Origin: Stylophora pistillata
Taxonomy: Eukaryota
Direction of reading: 5' to 3'
NCBI RefSeq assembly: GCF_002571385.2
Contig: NW_019218176.1
Location: 1-64,000, forward strand
DNA length: 64,000 nt
The translations under genes and the position numbers were made by a program. Positions 40,601 through 53,185 of the stretch are shown in pieces; positions within the stretch are counted from its first letter, which is position 1, and the number at the start of each line of letters is the position of its first letter. Below the pieces are notes generated by a model. That model was not told the DNA's origin and did no database searches. It was given only the letters and a program-made list of their open reading frames with translations.

Positions 40601-43600
40601 AAAAAAACTTTTGCCAAATCCTTGCCATTATTGGATGTGGATTTGGCACTATTTGAGAGGTACATTTTTCTGTGTTAAAAGAGACAACTTATGTTAAGCC
40701 TGAAAAACAAGGTCACTCACAATATCCTAGTAACGCAATTATCATGGACATGAAAGAGTCCAAAAGCACCCCTCTAAACGGAGCTTATAAGTTGGTGGAA
40801 CCTGGTTTCAAAAGAGTATTTGTTTAACGTTTATATGGGCCACCTGATCAAAATGAGAGTGACCAGATAAAAATGTCAGAAAGCAATCAGACGAAGAACG
40901 TCACCCCAAACAATTCGTGAATGGCACATGCGCAAAAGATAATCTTTCCCCGAATCCATAATTGCACAGAATACCTTAAACCTAAACAAGTACCTACTTG
41001 AATTGGCTTTCTTGTCTTAGAAAATTTCCACAAGTATGATTGAGAATCAAATCTAGAGCAGTCATTACAAAAACCAGCCTAACGGGCTCTCAATGTTTTT
41101 TGTTCCACCTTTAGACTGGTCTCAATTTATTAGTAATATTTCATGCATCAGCACCAGAGATAAACTCCAGAGAGGAAGGTATCATCGATTATCATTGTTA
41201 CAGTGGATCTATAACTATTATCATAATAACTGCTTAATTCATGATTATACAGCCATTGTCATTTTTTTTAAAGAACCTACCAAAAACTTCAAGTGTTGCT
41301 GAAGAACTTAATGAATTTGCTTGGTTTTTTGCTGTGCACTTGTATGTTCCTTTCATTTCCTTTGTTGTTCGTGGCATTTCTAGGAATGATTCCACGAATG
41401 AGTCTCTCTCAAAATTGGTTTGATTAATACCAAACGGAAGTTCATTATCATCAAATGTCCAGGTCACTTTTGGCGTTGGAACACCTGAAGCACGGCAAGT
41501 AAAGTTGACAGGGTGTCCATCAATAACAGATTGGTTTACTGGAGACAATAAAATCTGAGGGGACACTGAAAGTAAAAAAAGACCACTTATGATCTTCAAC
41601 CAAGGTTATCAACTGAAGATACAACTAGACAACCACTCCAGGTCATTTTGTGGTGGTTAAATGTGAGAAAAGATTTTAGAATCCACTAACTACATGTATT
41701 TTCTGGGGTAAGAGACATTACCTGCACACGGGATAAAAGATATCACATTTATAACGTGTAAGTTTCCCTAGCTGCCAAAAGATATGATTTACTTAGTTCT
41801 TATTAACCGAGCGGGAGGTCTGTATGGGAGAATCTTGACTGAGGTCGCTAGTACAGAACGGAAAGTGCACTCCAAAATCCGTCAGAAGGAGGTCATCTCG
41901 GGCAGATTTCCGATTACGAAATCAGAGCTCCCTTGATGTTTTCTTCCTGATGAAGGCCCTATTTAGCATTTTAGATCCGCAAAACAGAGTAGAAACGAAC
42001 ACATACTTCGTGTTCGCTCATGAATTCGAATTAGCCCTAAGATATTTGTTTTGTTTTTTTCATTGCTTTCCGTACAGAACAAACGCAGTGAGGTCTGTAC
42101 CAGCGACCAAGGTCAAAATTCTCCCATACAGACCAACCTAGCTCGGTTAATAAGATGTTTATTATATGGCTGTGTCTAGAAAGCAATGCAACATTATGTT
42201 CTTTGTAACTTTTTTTCTAGACCGGTCTAGATGCCAGTCTAGATGGGAAAATCTAGACCACTTTCAATATTGATTTCAGCCAATCAAGTTCGTAAATTTG
42301 GTAGTTCCCAGTCCTCGTGAGACACAGCCATACCATAAATGAGAATATTAATTGTTACCAAGTTGAACATAACAAAGGTGACTTTCCATTTCTTTTCTAG
42401 ATATCAATATTAGTGAGGTATTCAAATCAAAGAGAAGTGAATAAATGAATAAATTGGGCTTGTGGAAATTCTATTTAAATATTCAACATAAAAATAAAGC
42501 AAACAGGTATTTCAGTTTCTCTATGTTCAAAAGTTAGCTAGTTTCTTCCTCTCAAGCTGAATGCAGTTCCAGAAAGGTTGACAAACATTGAAAATACCCA
42601 AGTTAAGTGGAATTCGACTTACCAGTTACATTTATCGAGAAGGAGGTGTAATTGTTTCCAGCCCGATTGTAAGCAGTACATTTATAGATACCTTCATCAT
42701 CAAAAGTTACAGGCTTAATGACTATTTTGTTGTTGTGACCAAGAGCTTTTCCATCCTTGGTCCAATTGACAGATACTGGAGGATCACCCCTTACATAACA
42801 AGTTGCTATAAAAGTGGAGTTCAATGGAACTGCATGATTCTTGAGGTCAGGATTTAAATGTGGTGGAACTACAAAACAGAATTAAAAATAAAAGTTACGA
42901 TGAGATAATCTTCACAGACTTTTTGATTTGGTGATGACCCATTGCTCCAGCCTATGACTACCAAATGGCAGCTGGGTAATATAAATTAGCTAGGAAACTA
43001 CATCTTGGAATCAAAGACCAAACTTCTCGGTTTATTTAATTGGTAGAGAAAATTATTTTTGGAACTAGTAGATATTCCTCACTCATGTATCAAGCTCCTG
43101 AAGTTAACTACTACGTCCTAACAATTTGTCCTCAGAGACATTACACAAATGATTCTGCACAGCTATAACCAGCAGTAAACATTTATTTCCATTTGGAATT
43201 TGAGATTTAAAAGTTTATTTTCATTTTAATTAATAAGATAATCTTCACAGGGAGTTACATTGCAAATATTGTCATGGCAGACTCATGCTTTGGACCTGAG
43301 AATAATGGGAATCCATTAGAGATTCCAAGCTCATGAATCAAGTTTGGCAAGTTAATTAATATCCCTTATCAAATGGTGAAGTTTTCTCAACAGTTCATTA
43401 ACAGTTCTGGATGGAGAGACAGGCACCACGCTTAAGGGAAGACTGTCACCCTCAAGGATATTGTAGAATGATCTTGCACAGTTAACCAGCACTACAAACA
43501 CACTGTGTGTACTATGTAGATTTGGAGTTTGAAATCTAAAAGTTAATGTTGACAAAATGTGGAGATTTTAACTGGATGGAGAGTGGGATGTGTGAGTGTA

Positions 43601-46600
43601 TAGGTACTGTTGCCTCACTCAAGAAGACAACACAATAATACTCACCACCCCTCGAACCCATAAAGTGATGTTAGTCCAGAGTCCATCAGGCTGCAGTCTA
43701 TACAATTGAATGATTGAAATGCAATTTGAAACCGAAAAACTTACCTTTAACTGTAATATTAATATTTCCAGTGGAACTGCCTCCGACATTTTTTGCTTCA
43801 CAGGTGTACAGTCCTGCATCTTCCTTCTTTATATCATTGAAGGAGAGAGACATGGTGTTTCCTTTCAATTCGTTATTCTTAAACCAGGTTATCTGTGGTT
43901 GAGGTTGACCTTGAATGATTTTACAGGTCAAAGTCACATTTTCTCCTTCAATGATGAAATTGCTTGCTCCTGAAACACTAACCTCTGGTCGAACTTTGAA
44001 TATATAAACAAGTAAAAAAGTTAAAACAAAATGGCATGGTCATACACACACTATAAGTCTCCTAGAAGGCAGTTATCTTTTGGGTTACTACCATCAATCT
44101 ACAAAATGGATTTTAACATGACTAATTTGAACATATGAAGTCTTTTTCCTGGCAAAAATTTAAAGACCTTACAAAAAAGAAATGCCAAAAGTTTTTTAAT
44201 CCTCAATAAATTGAATTGAAACCCCTTTTTATCAGCAGCATCCACATGTAGTAACAGTACTGAACTACTTTTAGTTACTAAATTCCTAATTAATTTTAAA
44301 GACAGCTAGAATGATGTGTTGATATAATTAACCAACTAGTTTTAGATTTTACCTATACTTTACTCACCTATAACAGACACAAGTATGTTCTTAGGTGTGC
44401 TTGTGACCCTATTTGGTCCTTTATTCTGTTTCATGGTACAGATGTATGTTCCATTGTCTCCTGGTTGTACAAGACTAATGCGTAGATTGCCACTGGTAAT
44501 TTGAGCAAATCCTCCCCCATTAACCAATAAAATTCTTCCTTGTTTGCTCAAAGTTATCAGTGGAGGTGGTATTCCTTCAGCACTACAGTTTATGATACCA
44601 GATGTGTAAGCAACAAGGCTCTGCTCGTCTTGAGTGTTTTCAGTGAATCTTGCTGTTGGAATAAGCAAATGAAAACTAACCACTTACCATAGCTGCACTG
44701 GACAAATGTCACCTAGTCTGTACTGTGTGTCCATATGCTGAATGCTAGGCACATTTACTGTTAATTTAACATGCTCTTAACTAAGGCAATCAAGGCCTTC
44801 TCAATGTGTTGAAAAGCATTTACTTACCATTAATGTAAACTGTGTAATACTGAACATATTCCAATCTGTAGCATTCATATGTTCCTCCATCAGACAACTG
44901 CACATTTTCTATGACCAGCTCACCATCTTTTTTGGTCTGGACCCTCTCAGAAGGAGAAGTTCTATTTTGCATCTTTTTACCATTAATAATCCACCTTGCA
45001 AAACTGGTTTTGTTAAGTATTGAGCAGTAAAGATTTTCTTTGTTACCAATATCAAAGAAAAGTTTCTCTTTCCCCAATACTTGTTTGTTCTCTGAAAGAA
45101 ATATTTTTCAATAGCACAATAATAAGTTTATCATGTTTCAACTTTTTGGTACTAGCTAGATTGCAAAACTATTAGTATCTTGAGCCTATATGTCGCAAAC
45201 ATTGTAAACATTCAGTACATGTATAACTGGTCATGTGGACTGTTAACCTTCAGGAATTTTCGTCAGGGTATTAGTAATACCTCACTTACTTGGTTGACAC
45301 AATGCTTGAGAACCTTTGCCATCTCCTTGACATTGACTTGGGACATTAAACTTTCCATCAGAGCGAGCACAAGATGCAAGTTCTTCCTCATTTCCAGTGC
45401 AAGAAACATCAAACATTACTGTACTAATGTTCTCATTCTCCACATTTGAGCCAATGAACTCAGCAAGGGCCTCTTGAAAGCCAAGTTGACGACAAATAAC
45501 TTTGACATCATTGAAATCCCAATCACTGGTACATATTTTTCCCCAATTCCCTTTATAAAATACTTCCACTCTTCCACCATACTCTACATTTGCACCATTC
45601 AAGCGAACGGGAACTGATAAGTTCACAAAAGAGTGAGCAATTAGTGAAGATAACATACAGTCAATTATAAAACAATGGAATATTGATAAAAAAGGGATAT
45701 AGCAGGATTATGAAGATATTTAAAAAGTCAAAGTGTTCAAACAGCTTCAGATATCTAATACGATTGTAGGAGTTCTTTGATGGGCAGTTGTCTGGGTATC
45801 ACCTTGAGTCTTTATAATTTGCATCTTCAGTTACAATTTAACCTAATCCTAAAAAACAGCCTAATTTTTAATCTTTGTCAAAAGACTGGTACATCATTAC
45901 TAATCAAAGCAAGAAAGTATGCTTTCGCAAGGTCAACTAACTGAAATAATGATCAAGTCTATGAGGGTATACCAGAATAAAATGTAGAAGACTGAAACAG
46001 ATATGACCACAGAATCCAAATGCATGATTACTACCTTTGCAGAGTTGCAATTCTTTTGAAAAGTGGTCTTCACATTTTCTCAGAATGGTGGTACAATTGT
46101 AGTTTATAGAAGTCTCTGATTCATTGTTTCTGTCTTCATACCATCTACCATAGTCACCGCTGTTAAAGTATCCCATTGCCATGCAAGTCAAGTCTTCTTC
46201 AACTTTATTCCAGTTACTGGTGCAAAGCTTTTGCCAGCTACTATTTCTGTAGATTTCCATTTTACCACGTGATGGCTTCCTCTCCGTTGTAAAACGTAGT
46301 GGAAATACTGATGAAAGAAATAGGACAAAATTGCCTGTCTATTTTAAATTAAGGCCATCTTCACTCTGCATATTTTAATTGTTCAGCTGATCACTCTGCC
46401 AAATAGGTACTGAGTTTCACTAGTTTACCAATTCTAGGTTTAATTTATCAGAAACATAATTGCTAAAGCCCACAGTTAAATGTTTTCTTTTAGGATAAAT
46501 TGAAAAAAAAAACATAATTAATATTGCTTGCATCAGACATCCAATATTTTACTATGAAACTGAATATTTCAATCATAATTGTCAAGCAAATTTAGTGCTA

Positions 46601-48000
46601 AATGTGTATGGATGATAACAATAGTAGGTGATGACACTAAAATAACAAACATTTGCAATAATAATGTATGTAGAGGATTGGATGATAATATAAAATGATA
46701 GAGATCATGATCCTGATGATAATAGTGAGTGTGAAATTGATAATAATAATTATAGTAATGACTATAACTTAAATATTCAAGCATAAATGTAATGTTAATC
46801 CTAATTTTGGAAAAGGTGAATCTGTGAAAAAGTAGATTAAAAGGCAAAGGCTTTTAGTAGAACTAAACCTTTTAAAAAGGGGTTAAAAAAACTATGATTA
46901 TTCTTTGGACCATCCATGATGTCTGTATTTCAATGAATGTAATATGCCATGTGATTCTTATTCACATGCAATGATTTCACCATCTGTCTGTTACCTTCAT
47001 GGCAGCTGGAGATGTTGTTACATTCCCTCACAAGTGCTCTGCTCCCATCACAGTTTTCCCAGCCATATGCTGGTTCTAGATTAGAACATTCTCTGAACCT
47101 TATCTGTATGCCACTGACTGTTTTGGAGCAGACACTCCAAGCACTCCACTCATTCCAGCCACCATGGACTAACAATGTTTTAATAACAAAGAGTTGAGAA
47201 ACAACAACTTCAAACTTTACCTGGAAGAAGTCGATGTGATCACTTTCTTTTCAGAAATGATGTTTTTTCACTTTGCCTGATCATCATTTTCATTCTGATC
47301 GTGAAACACATAAATTACTAGGGAAATATCGAGTACATTACTTCTGCCTGGGTTAATACACTTTCTTAATTGTAACAAGAGTGTTGGTAAATTTCTAGTT
47401 TCTCATTTCCTTATTTTGTAGAGCTTAAAACTTTCCATTCTATGGTTTCTGTGAATGGGAAGTACATAACACTGATTACTGACTCTCCCTTGGACCGGTA
47501 CAGTTATACACTCGTCTTTGTATTCCACCCCACAAGATACATTGTAGCTCTTTTATACTCCCTAGGATGATCATTGTGTTAGACATTAACATGCTGTAGT
47601 ATATACTGCTAATTCATTCAACCTTATTACCATATCAAAAAGAATAAGGTGAGAAAAAGCAACTTTACCAAATCAAAATACCAACATATGGTAAAAACCT
47701 TGACTGTTGCTCATTAATATCTACAGAATAATGTAAATTGGCTAAAAAGGGGATGGAGCACCTGAGCTTGAATGTTAATAATCATAATGATAACAAGAGG
47801 CTGGCATAACAACGATTACTCACTCTTACCTGGACAATGATTTATGTTGCAAGCTTGGTTCATGTGACTAGGTCCTTGGCAATACATTCCAGGCCACACT
47901 CGCGGTGGATTGGTACAGCTGCGATATCGTCTCTGCGATCCACCACCACAAGTTACACTGCACCTCCCCCATGACCCCCATGAGGACCAACCACCATCAA
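25605..48000 (-). CDS. Multi-exon receptor tyrosine kinase: at least 2 TSP1 - 2 SRCR - 8 Ig - TM - FGFR/RET-type kinase; 5' end not located
   Basis: GT-AG exons read by hand. TSP1 48000-47830 and 47168-46995. SRCR 46307-46035 and 45613-45290. Ig 45091-44828, 44652-44368, 43993-43745, 42868-42623, 41565-41281, 40435-40190, 34633-34349, 33639-33367. All ectodomain exons are phase 1-1 with lengths divisible by 3. TM 32677-32567 ([26 protein letters not shown]). Probable juxtamembrane exon 31148-31087. Kinase exons ~29672-29483 (GRGSFG, VAAK), 29101-28985, 28854-28670, 27941-27822 ([11 protein letters not shown]), 27497-27421 (PIKWTPPE), 27312-27272 (WSYG), 26815-26719, 26375-26279. Last exon 25757-25605 ends in TAG. 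No stops found in these exons. Confidence 0.85.
28027..28552 (-). mobile_element. Probable solo LTR in a kinase intron
   Basis: TGTA...TACA ends, with AATAAA near the minus-strand 3' end (~28100). The flanks GATCA / GACCG could be a decayed 5-bp TSD. Confidence 0.45.
34925..37640 (+). mobile_element. 5'-truncated CR1/L2-group LINE with a 655-aa open RT frame (35234-37201), antisense in an RTK intron
   Basis: [41 protein letters not shown] and FLG motifs. APE tail (NHLPVF) upstream. 3' UTR ends in AATAAAGAATAAATGAATAAA. Confidence 0.9.
37640..39710 (+). mobile_element. Internally deleted second LINE (2A-like motif, PHD finger, APE start, RT C-terminus, 3' UTR)
   Basis: [12 protein letters not shown]; CFSC...[12 protein letters not shown]...WTCSL (PHD); [10 protein letters not shown] (APE start); [16 protein letters not shown]...[14 protein letters not shown]...LPHFKYC (RT thumb); tail ending AAATAAATGATT. 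Confidence 0.75.
38343..38935. mobile_element. Kolobok-like MITE (593 bp), TTAA TSD, AG...CT ends
   Basis: TTAA|AGTGCTACTGCGAC ... GTCGCAGAAGCACT|TTAA (13/14 TIR match). Removing it restores the LINE frame KDILNKVYAK. Confidence 0.85.
39850..40143 (-). mobile_element. tRNA-derived SINE, degenerate
   Basis: Minus-strand head AGCTCATGTTGTAGAGC...GGTTCAACC (A/B-box-like). The central block (CATCCGAGAATACTAAAATGTTTAACC on +) is also seen at ~19740-19805. Confidence 0.5.
41799..42154. mobile_element. Palindromic MITE interrupted by a 216-bp insertion (41858-42073)
   Basis: Outer inverted ends CTTATTAACCGAGC / GCTCGGTTAATAAG. Inner element ACGGAAAG...CTTTCCGT is flanked by ACAGA direct repeats (41853-41857, 42074-42078). 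Confidence 0.65.
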
Positions 48001-50030
48001 CTATCATCAAATTAATTAACATGATTAACATTTTAACATGAGTAACTTCCTGTCAATATTGTAAATGGCATGCCTATACTGCTACTAGTCCTTTCAATTT
48101 TGAAACCATTGTGAAAGCCCAGGCACATAACTTGGCTTAAGGGTGCATTGTCTACCAGAACCCCATATTCACAATAATTATGATTCCAGAAAATGTTTTT
48201 GTGGGATATGACACATTTTTGATACCCCAACAGGAGTCAAGCCTGTAGCTATGATACTTAATAGATGCTTCAGCACTGAATCACAATGCAACTAAACACG
48301 TTTATGCAGACTGATCAAGAAAACATTCCTTTTTCTTTGTAACCAGCCAGGAGGAGAAAAAAAGTCCTATTTCCCAAAAATAATATGAGCTTCAGAGTTA
48401 AAGTGTCCCTGTCTGAAAAAGTATTCCAAGAGACAAAACTGGTGGTCAACCGATTTGGCTGAAACTTGGCACAAAAGTTGAGTGTGATATAATATATTTC
48501 AAAAGCCAGTTGGCTCATTTCTCTGACGGTTTGTTCTGGAGTTTCAGGGGGGTCCCATTTGTGGCCTATGGAGCACCAAAAATTCATTCTTCTAGGTGGC
48601 AATTTGAAAGTGCTATAAAACTCCATTGGTAAATTGTGCTGCCAAATGAATTTGACCATGGACACTGCTATAGTGGAGCTTCTAATTCATAAATATAACT
48701 TTGTTCTCAAGCGATTAGACAGAGAGTGGCCTGGGACTAAAGTTAGGTCAAATTTGAGGTCAAAATCACTACCCAAAATTGCCATTTTTCAAAAAAAACA
48801 TAACATTTACCTGCCTTCTTGCCTGACTTTCATACCAAATCCAGTATCCCTTACCGAATGGACAGATATGTAAAGTATCTGCAACTATCTGTCTCATATG
48901 TTACAGTACTGCACAATGTCTGTAATGGTTTTATTCATATTTGCAGAATATCTGCAATTATGTTTGTACATATTTCACAGATATGTAGGGACTTCTTTCA
49001 AATATCTGCAAAGTATCTGAGGGAATTGACATATATTTAACATATATGTAGGTGATCAAACAGAGTAAGTTAGAAATCGAGGACCTAGCCATCTTTTAAA
49101 TTGTCATCATATGCCAGTCATGATATTTGAATTTCCCCTACTAGGAGACTATAATTTATTTGATTAAATGCTGACAAATAATTGAGTGTCCAAACTACCA
49201 AACTTTTAAACAATTAACTGTGCAAAACTACTAAGATCTCTATGGAAAATAGCATATTGAGTGACATGTAATGTGTCCTTCAACAAGAACAAATACTGAT
49301 TAAAACTGTGGGGTCCAGAAAAAATTCACACAACTAATTTTCTATCTGCACATCAACTTACTTGCTTTGCGAATCTAACATGAAAACAGCTCAACCTTTT
49401 AATAAACAAGTGGGTCATTGTTTTCTTCAAAAGTGTTTTGCGTACTTGGATCAGCTGTCCCGCCATTATCGATCGTCAACTGAACCTAAATCTGAAATAA
49501 TTTCATTACTGTTTGGTTCTTCTACGTTTTCATAAACATGTGAAGGAAGTTCTTTATAATTTTGTACTTCGACGCAATCCACAAGTTAGCCTGAATCAAA
49601 AACTGTGTCCTGCAGAGTGAATCCCGACCATCCATTTTCAGCTGTTGAAGAGAATTCGAAACTAGCGATCCATCGATGTGATCTTCAACACAGTGGAGTT
49701 AATAGAGGGGTTGGTCTGAAATTATTACAGCCTGGAGCTTCGATTAAAGCATTCCTCACAAGACAACTCAAGCTTTGGTAGCAAAGGATTTACTACGGAA
49801 CGAAAAGGTGTTGAAATGCTTGCGTTGCTTTAATCAGTCGATTAGGCCGCTGGATGGACGAGGGGTGGAATGGGACCAAAAGTAAAAAACGCGTTTGATT
49901 GGATATGCTGAAATTAGCCATTTTCAAAACGAGCGGCGGTCTGGGTACGATTTGCCACCATAAAGGCTCTTGGGATCGTTTGGAGGGACAGCGTGAAGGT
50001 AAACAAACGCACAGCTGACGTGTGACAAAC

Positions 50031-51539
50031 ATGGCACACTATAACTGCTGTATTCCAGGCTGCACTAATAGTTACAGAAATGCACCTAACCTTCAGTATT
50101 ATAGAATTCCAAAAGACCCTCATATACGTAGAAAGTACGTGGTTCTTATGAGGAACGAGACTCTGAAATTAGATTCTACGAGTACGCGGATTTGCTCAGT
50201 TCATTTCGATGGAGGAGAAAAACTTAGCAGAACGCACTTGCCTTCAATTTTTCCATGGACAAAACCGACAGCTCAACGTAGAGAACGCAAGAGGGCCAGT
50301 TTCGAAGATGTACAGAAAATAGAGCAAACCAAAAAAAGAAAAACAGCACTTGCTCAATTACCACAGGAAGCGAACTTTAAATTTGAAGAACAGACAGAAA
50401 ATATGAATGTTAATGCTGACACCAGTACCAGTGTGGAAATGCAAACGTTACTTACTGGAGACCAACTAAACAGTTTATACAACAGAATGCAAACAAGAGA
50501 ACAAGAAATTGTTAAGCTTAAGGGAGAGATTCAGCAGTTGGAGAAAGAAAACAACAACATAAAAGAGGTGAACAGCAAATTACAAAAGGAAATCGAAAGC
50601 TTGAAGCATGCTTTAGATAACAATAGATTTGACATAAGCAAATTTAAAGATAAAGATGATGATATTGCATTCTACACCGGCTTTCCCGATTACAATGCTT
50701 TTATTCTTTGTTACAAAACTGTAGAACAAGCCTCTAGCAATATTAATTATGGGCACAAAAGGACCACCACGAACGGTAATGTTGGGAGACCCAGAGTACT
50801 TACTAAATTCCAGGAGTTTACCCTTGTTATGCTGCGCTTGAGGCTGGGTTTGTTTGAGAATGATCTTGCTCATCGATTTTTGGTTTCAAGATCAACTGTC
50901 TCTAAGATTGTAAATGCCTGGATTCCATTTTTGAGGAGGGAATTTGAACCTCTTATCATCATCCCCCCAAGAGAAGTACTTCAATGTTATAGGCCTGACA
51001 GTTTTAAGAAACTGTTGCCTAACGTAACAGTCATTGTCGATTGCACGGAATTTGAAATGGAGAGGCCATCTGCTCTTGATTCACAGTCTACCTGTTTTTC
51101 ATCATACAAGTCAAGAACCACCATGAAATCACTGTTGGGCATAACGCCAAGCGGTGTTTTATGTTTTGTGAGTGACTTATTTCCTGGTTCAACCTCAGAT
51201 AAGGAAATAACTGTTCTTAGTGGTTTTCTAGACAGACTAAATCCTGGTGACCAGGTACTGGCTGACAAAGGGTTCAATTGTCAGGATGAATTAGCTTCTG
51301 TTGGTGCAAGCCTTGTTATACCAAAATTTTTAGAACAGAAGATACAGTTTTCCACAAATGAAACAAATCACAACAAGGTGGTTGCTAGCCTAAGAGTTCA
51401 TGTGGAGCGGCTCATGGAACGTATAAAGAACTGGCACATCTTCGACCATAAGATACCAATTACTATTGCACCTATTGCATCAGACATGCTTGTAGTGGTC
51501 TGTGCTTTGTCAAATTTTCAACCCCCTCTTATAAATTAA
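50031..51539 (+). CDS. THAP-domain DDE_Tnp_4 (Harbinger/ISL2EU-type) transposase, intact
   Basis: THAP C2CH (CCIPGC...ICSVHF...PSIF), coiled coil, HTH (LRLRLGLFENDLAHRFLVSRSTVS), catalytic VDCTE, LADKGF and RVHVER motifs; uninterrupted ORF from ATG 50031. Confidence 0.92.
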   Translation: MAHYNCCIPGCTNSYRNAPNLQYYRIPKDPHIRRKYVVLMRNETLKLDSTSTRICSVHFDGGEKLSRTHLPSIFPWTKPTAQRRERKRASFEDVQKIEQTKKRKTALAQLPQEANFKFEEQTENMNVNADTSTSVEMQTLLTGDQLNSLYNRMQTREQEIVKLKGEIQQLEKENNNIKEVNSKLQKEIESLKHALDNNRFDISKFKDKDDDIAFYTGFPDYNAFILCYKTVEQASSNINYGHKRTTTNGNVGRPRVLTKFQEFTLVMLRLRLGLFENDLAHRFLVSRSTVSKIVNAWIPFLRREFEPLIIIPPREVLQCYRPDSFKKLLPNVTVIVDCTEFEMERPSALDSQSTCFSSYKSRTTMKSLLGITPSGVLCFVSDLFPGSTSDKEITVLSGFLDRLNPGDQVLADKGFNCQDELASVGASLVIPKFLEQKIQFSTNETNHNKVVASLRVHVERLMERIKNWHIFDHKIPITIAPIASDMLVVVCALSNFQPPLIN

Positions 51540-51703
51540 AAATTATCATGTAATATTGTTAACTGTCATGACACATGTTGATGATGAAACACGAAAACAT
51601 TCATATTGCAATAACTTTCATTAAATGGTGTAATGAAATAAATTTTGTTTGGACCAAACAATAATATTGGTATTGAAATTGGAGTCAAATGAGTGATTCA
51701 AAT

Positions 51704-53185
51704 TCAGCNCCCCTGCTTTAATAATTTGTAAGCAGCTATGATCCTGTCCTCCATTTCAAGTCCTTCTTGCATGTATTTACTCTGAAATGGTTTTTTGTAA
51801 CCAAGGACATCTTGGATGATTTTTGTTGGTGATGTTGTTTCCCTTTGCACAGCTATTCTGTAACAATTTGTAGCAGTAATCCTGGGCTGCCTGTGATGAT
51901 GCCACAAATTTGAGTTTGACTGCCCTCGTGTTTGCTCTTCTACTTTCTTTATTTTTTCTTCATCAAAATTAATGTTCCTCTTCACTTTCTCAAATCTCAC
52001 TCTTAGTTCATCAGCTGATATTGGATGACATTTGATGGGTGAGATGAGTGGCTCTTCCAGATTATTTACCTTTTGAGGAAGAATATGTGTCCATCCAACA
52101 GCTCTCCCAGATTTCATTTGATATTCTTTTAAAGATTTATGGAAGTTTTGTAATCTTTCACTTGGCCAGACTTTTTTTTCTGATACACAGGTACCATTCT
52201 GTGCTGGACATGAGGCTAGCTTTGGCCTTTTTGCTTTCTTTTCTTTAGCATAATCATGTTTGACAAAGCTCATCTCAGAGATAGGTGTCACTGGACCCTT
52301 GCGTTTCCCTGGCACATTCCATTTACAAGGCTTAGATGTGCAGGACTCAGCTGCATCCGAATTTTTCCTTTTCGTCTCCTTAAAGCTTTGTTCAAGGGCA
52401 AACAATGTAGATGCCACATGGTTACAACGGCCATCAATACCAGCAGGACACTTACAGTGTGCTTTTAACACACAACCTATGGATGACATTAACAGAAAAC
52501 AAGAGTATACTTTATCTTTTTTCATCGATGGCAGAACTTGGCTTTTTACATAATGTTTTCCATTTTGGTGCAGATGTCCAATGTATAAAACATGCCCTGA
52601 CTTGAAGAAGTTAAATCCCTTGACTAGGGGCTTTGCAGTGGAAAGTTGTTTTTTACTTTCAACTCCTTCAATCATAAACTGCCAAACGGTTCCAAAAGCT
52701 ATCTTAGGCAAATCTTTAAAATCAGGTTTGTATCCTTCTTTTGGAAAGAATTGGTTGAGCTGCGGCTCTTCCTCCTCCAGCACTCCAAGTTGAGCCTTCT
52801 TGCGGAGAAGGTGTAGTCCACCGTCTGGATCACGGAGATATTTAACGTCTAGTCCATGCTTAATGTAATCTTGAACTCTGAAAAATATGAACATGATATA
52901 TGACTGGAATGAAACAAAATAAAACGACACAATTTCTCCTTCGATATAATTTAAGCTCATATGTACACCACTAAATGAAAATATACACCTCGAGTGAACC
53001 TACCTTGTTATCAATGCTTTCTTATTTCCCGTAGTCTTTGCTCCCCTGCACAGCAACCACCTTTTCAATTGAACGACGCTACATTGTTCTACAGTTTCGC
53101 GAGGAATTTTTGCACCAGGTATATCTTCTTCTGTCAGAATAACCTTGAGAGCGTCTCGCACGGTTGCATTGCTCTTGTCCACCAT
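51704..53185 (-). CDS. Two-exon SAP-like + SWIM + YqaJ (lambda-exonuclease-like) protein, C-terminally cut at an N
   Basis: Exon 1 53185-53004 (VVQLKRWLLCRGAKTTGNKKALITR, SAP-like), a GT-AG intron in frame, then exon 2 from 52877. SWIM motif CKCPAGIDGRCNHV. YqaJ start TRGQSNSNLWHHHRQPRITAT...GLEME. The sequence breaks at n 51709 before the catalytic D/ExK motifs. Confidence 0.8.
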
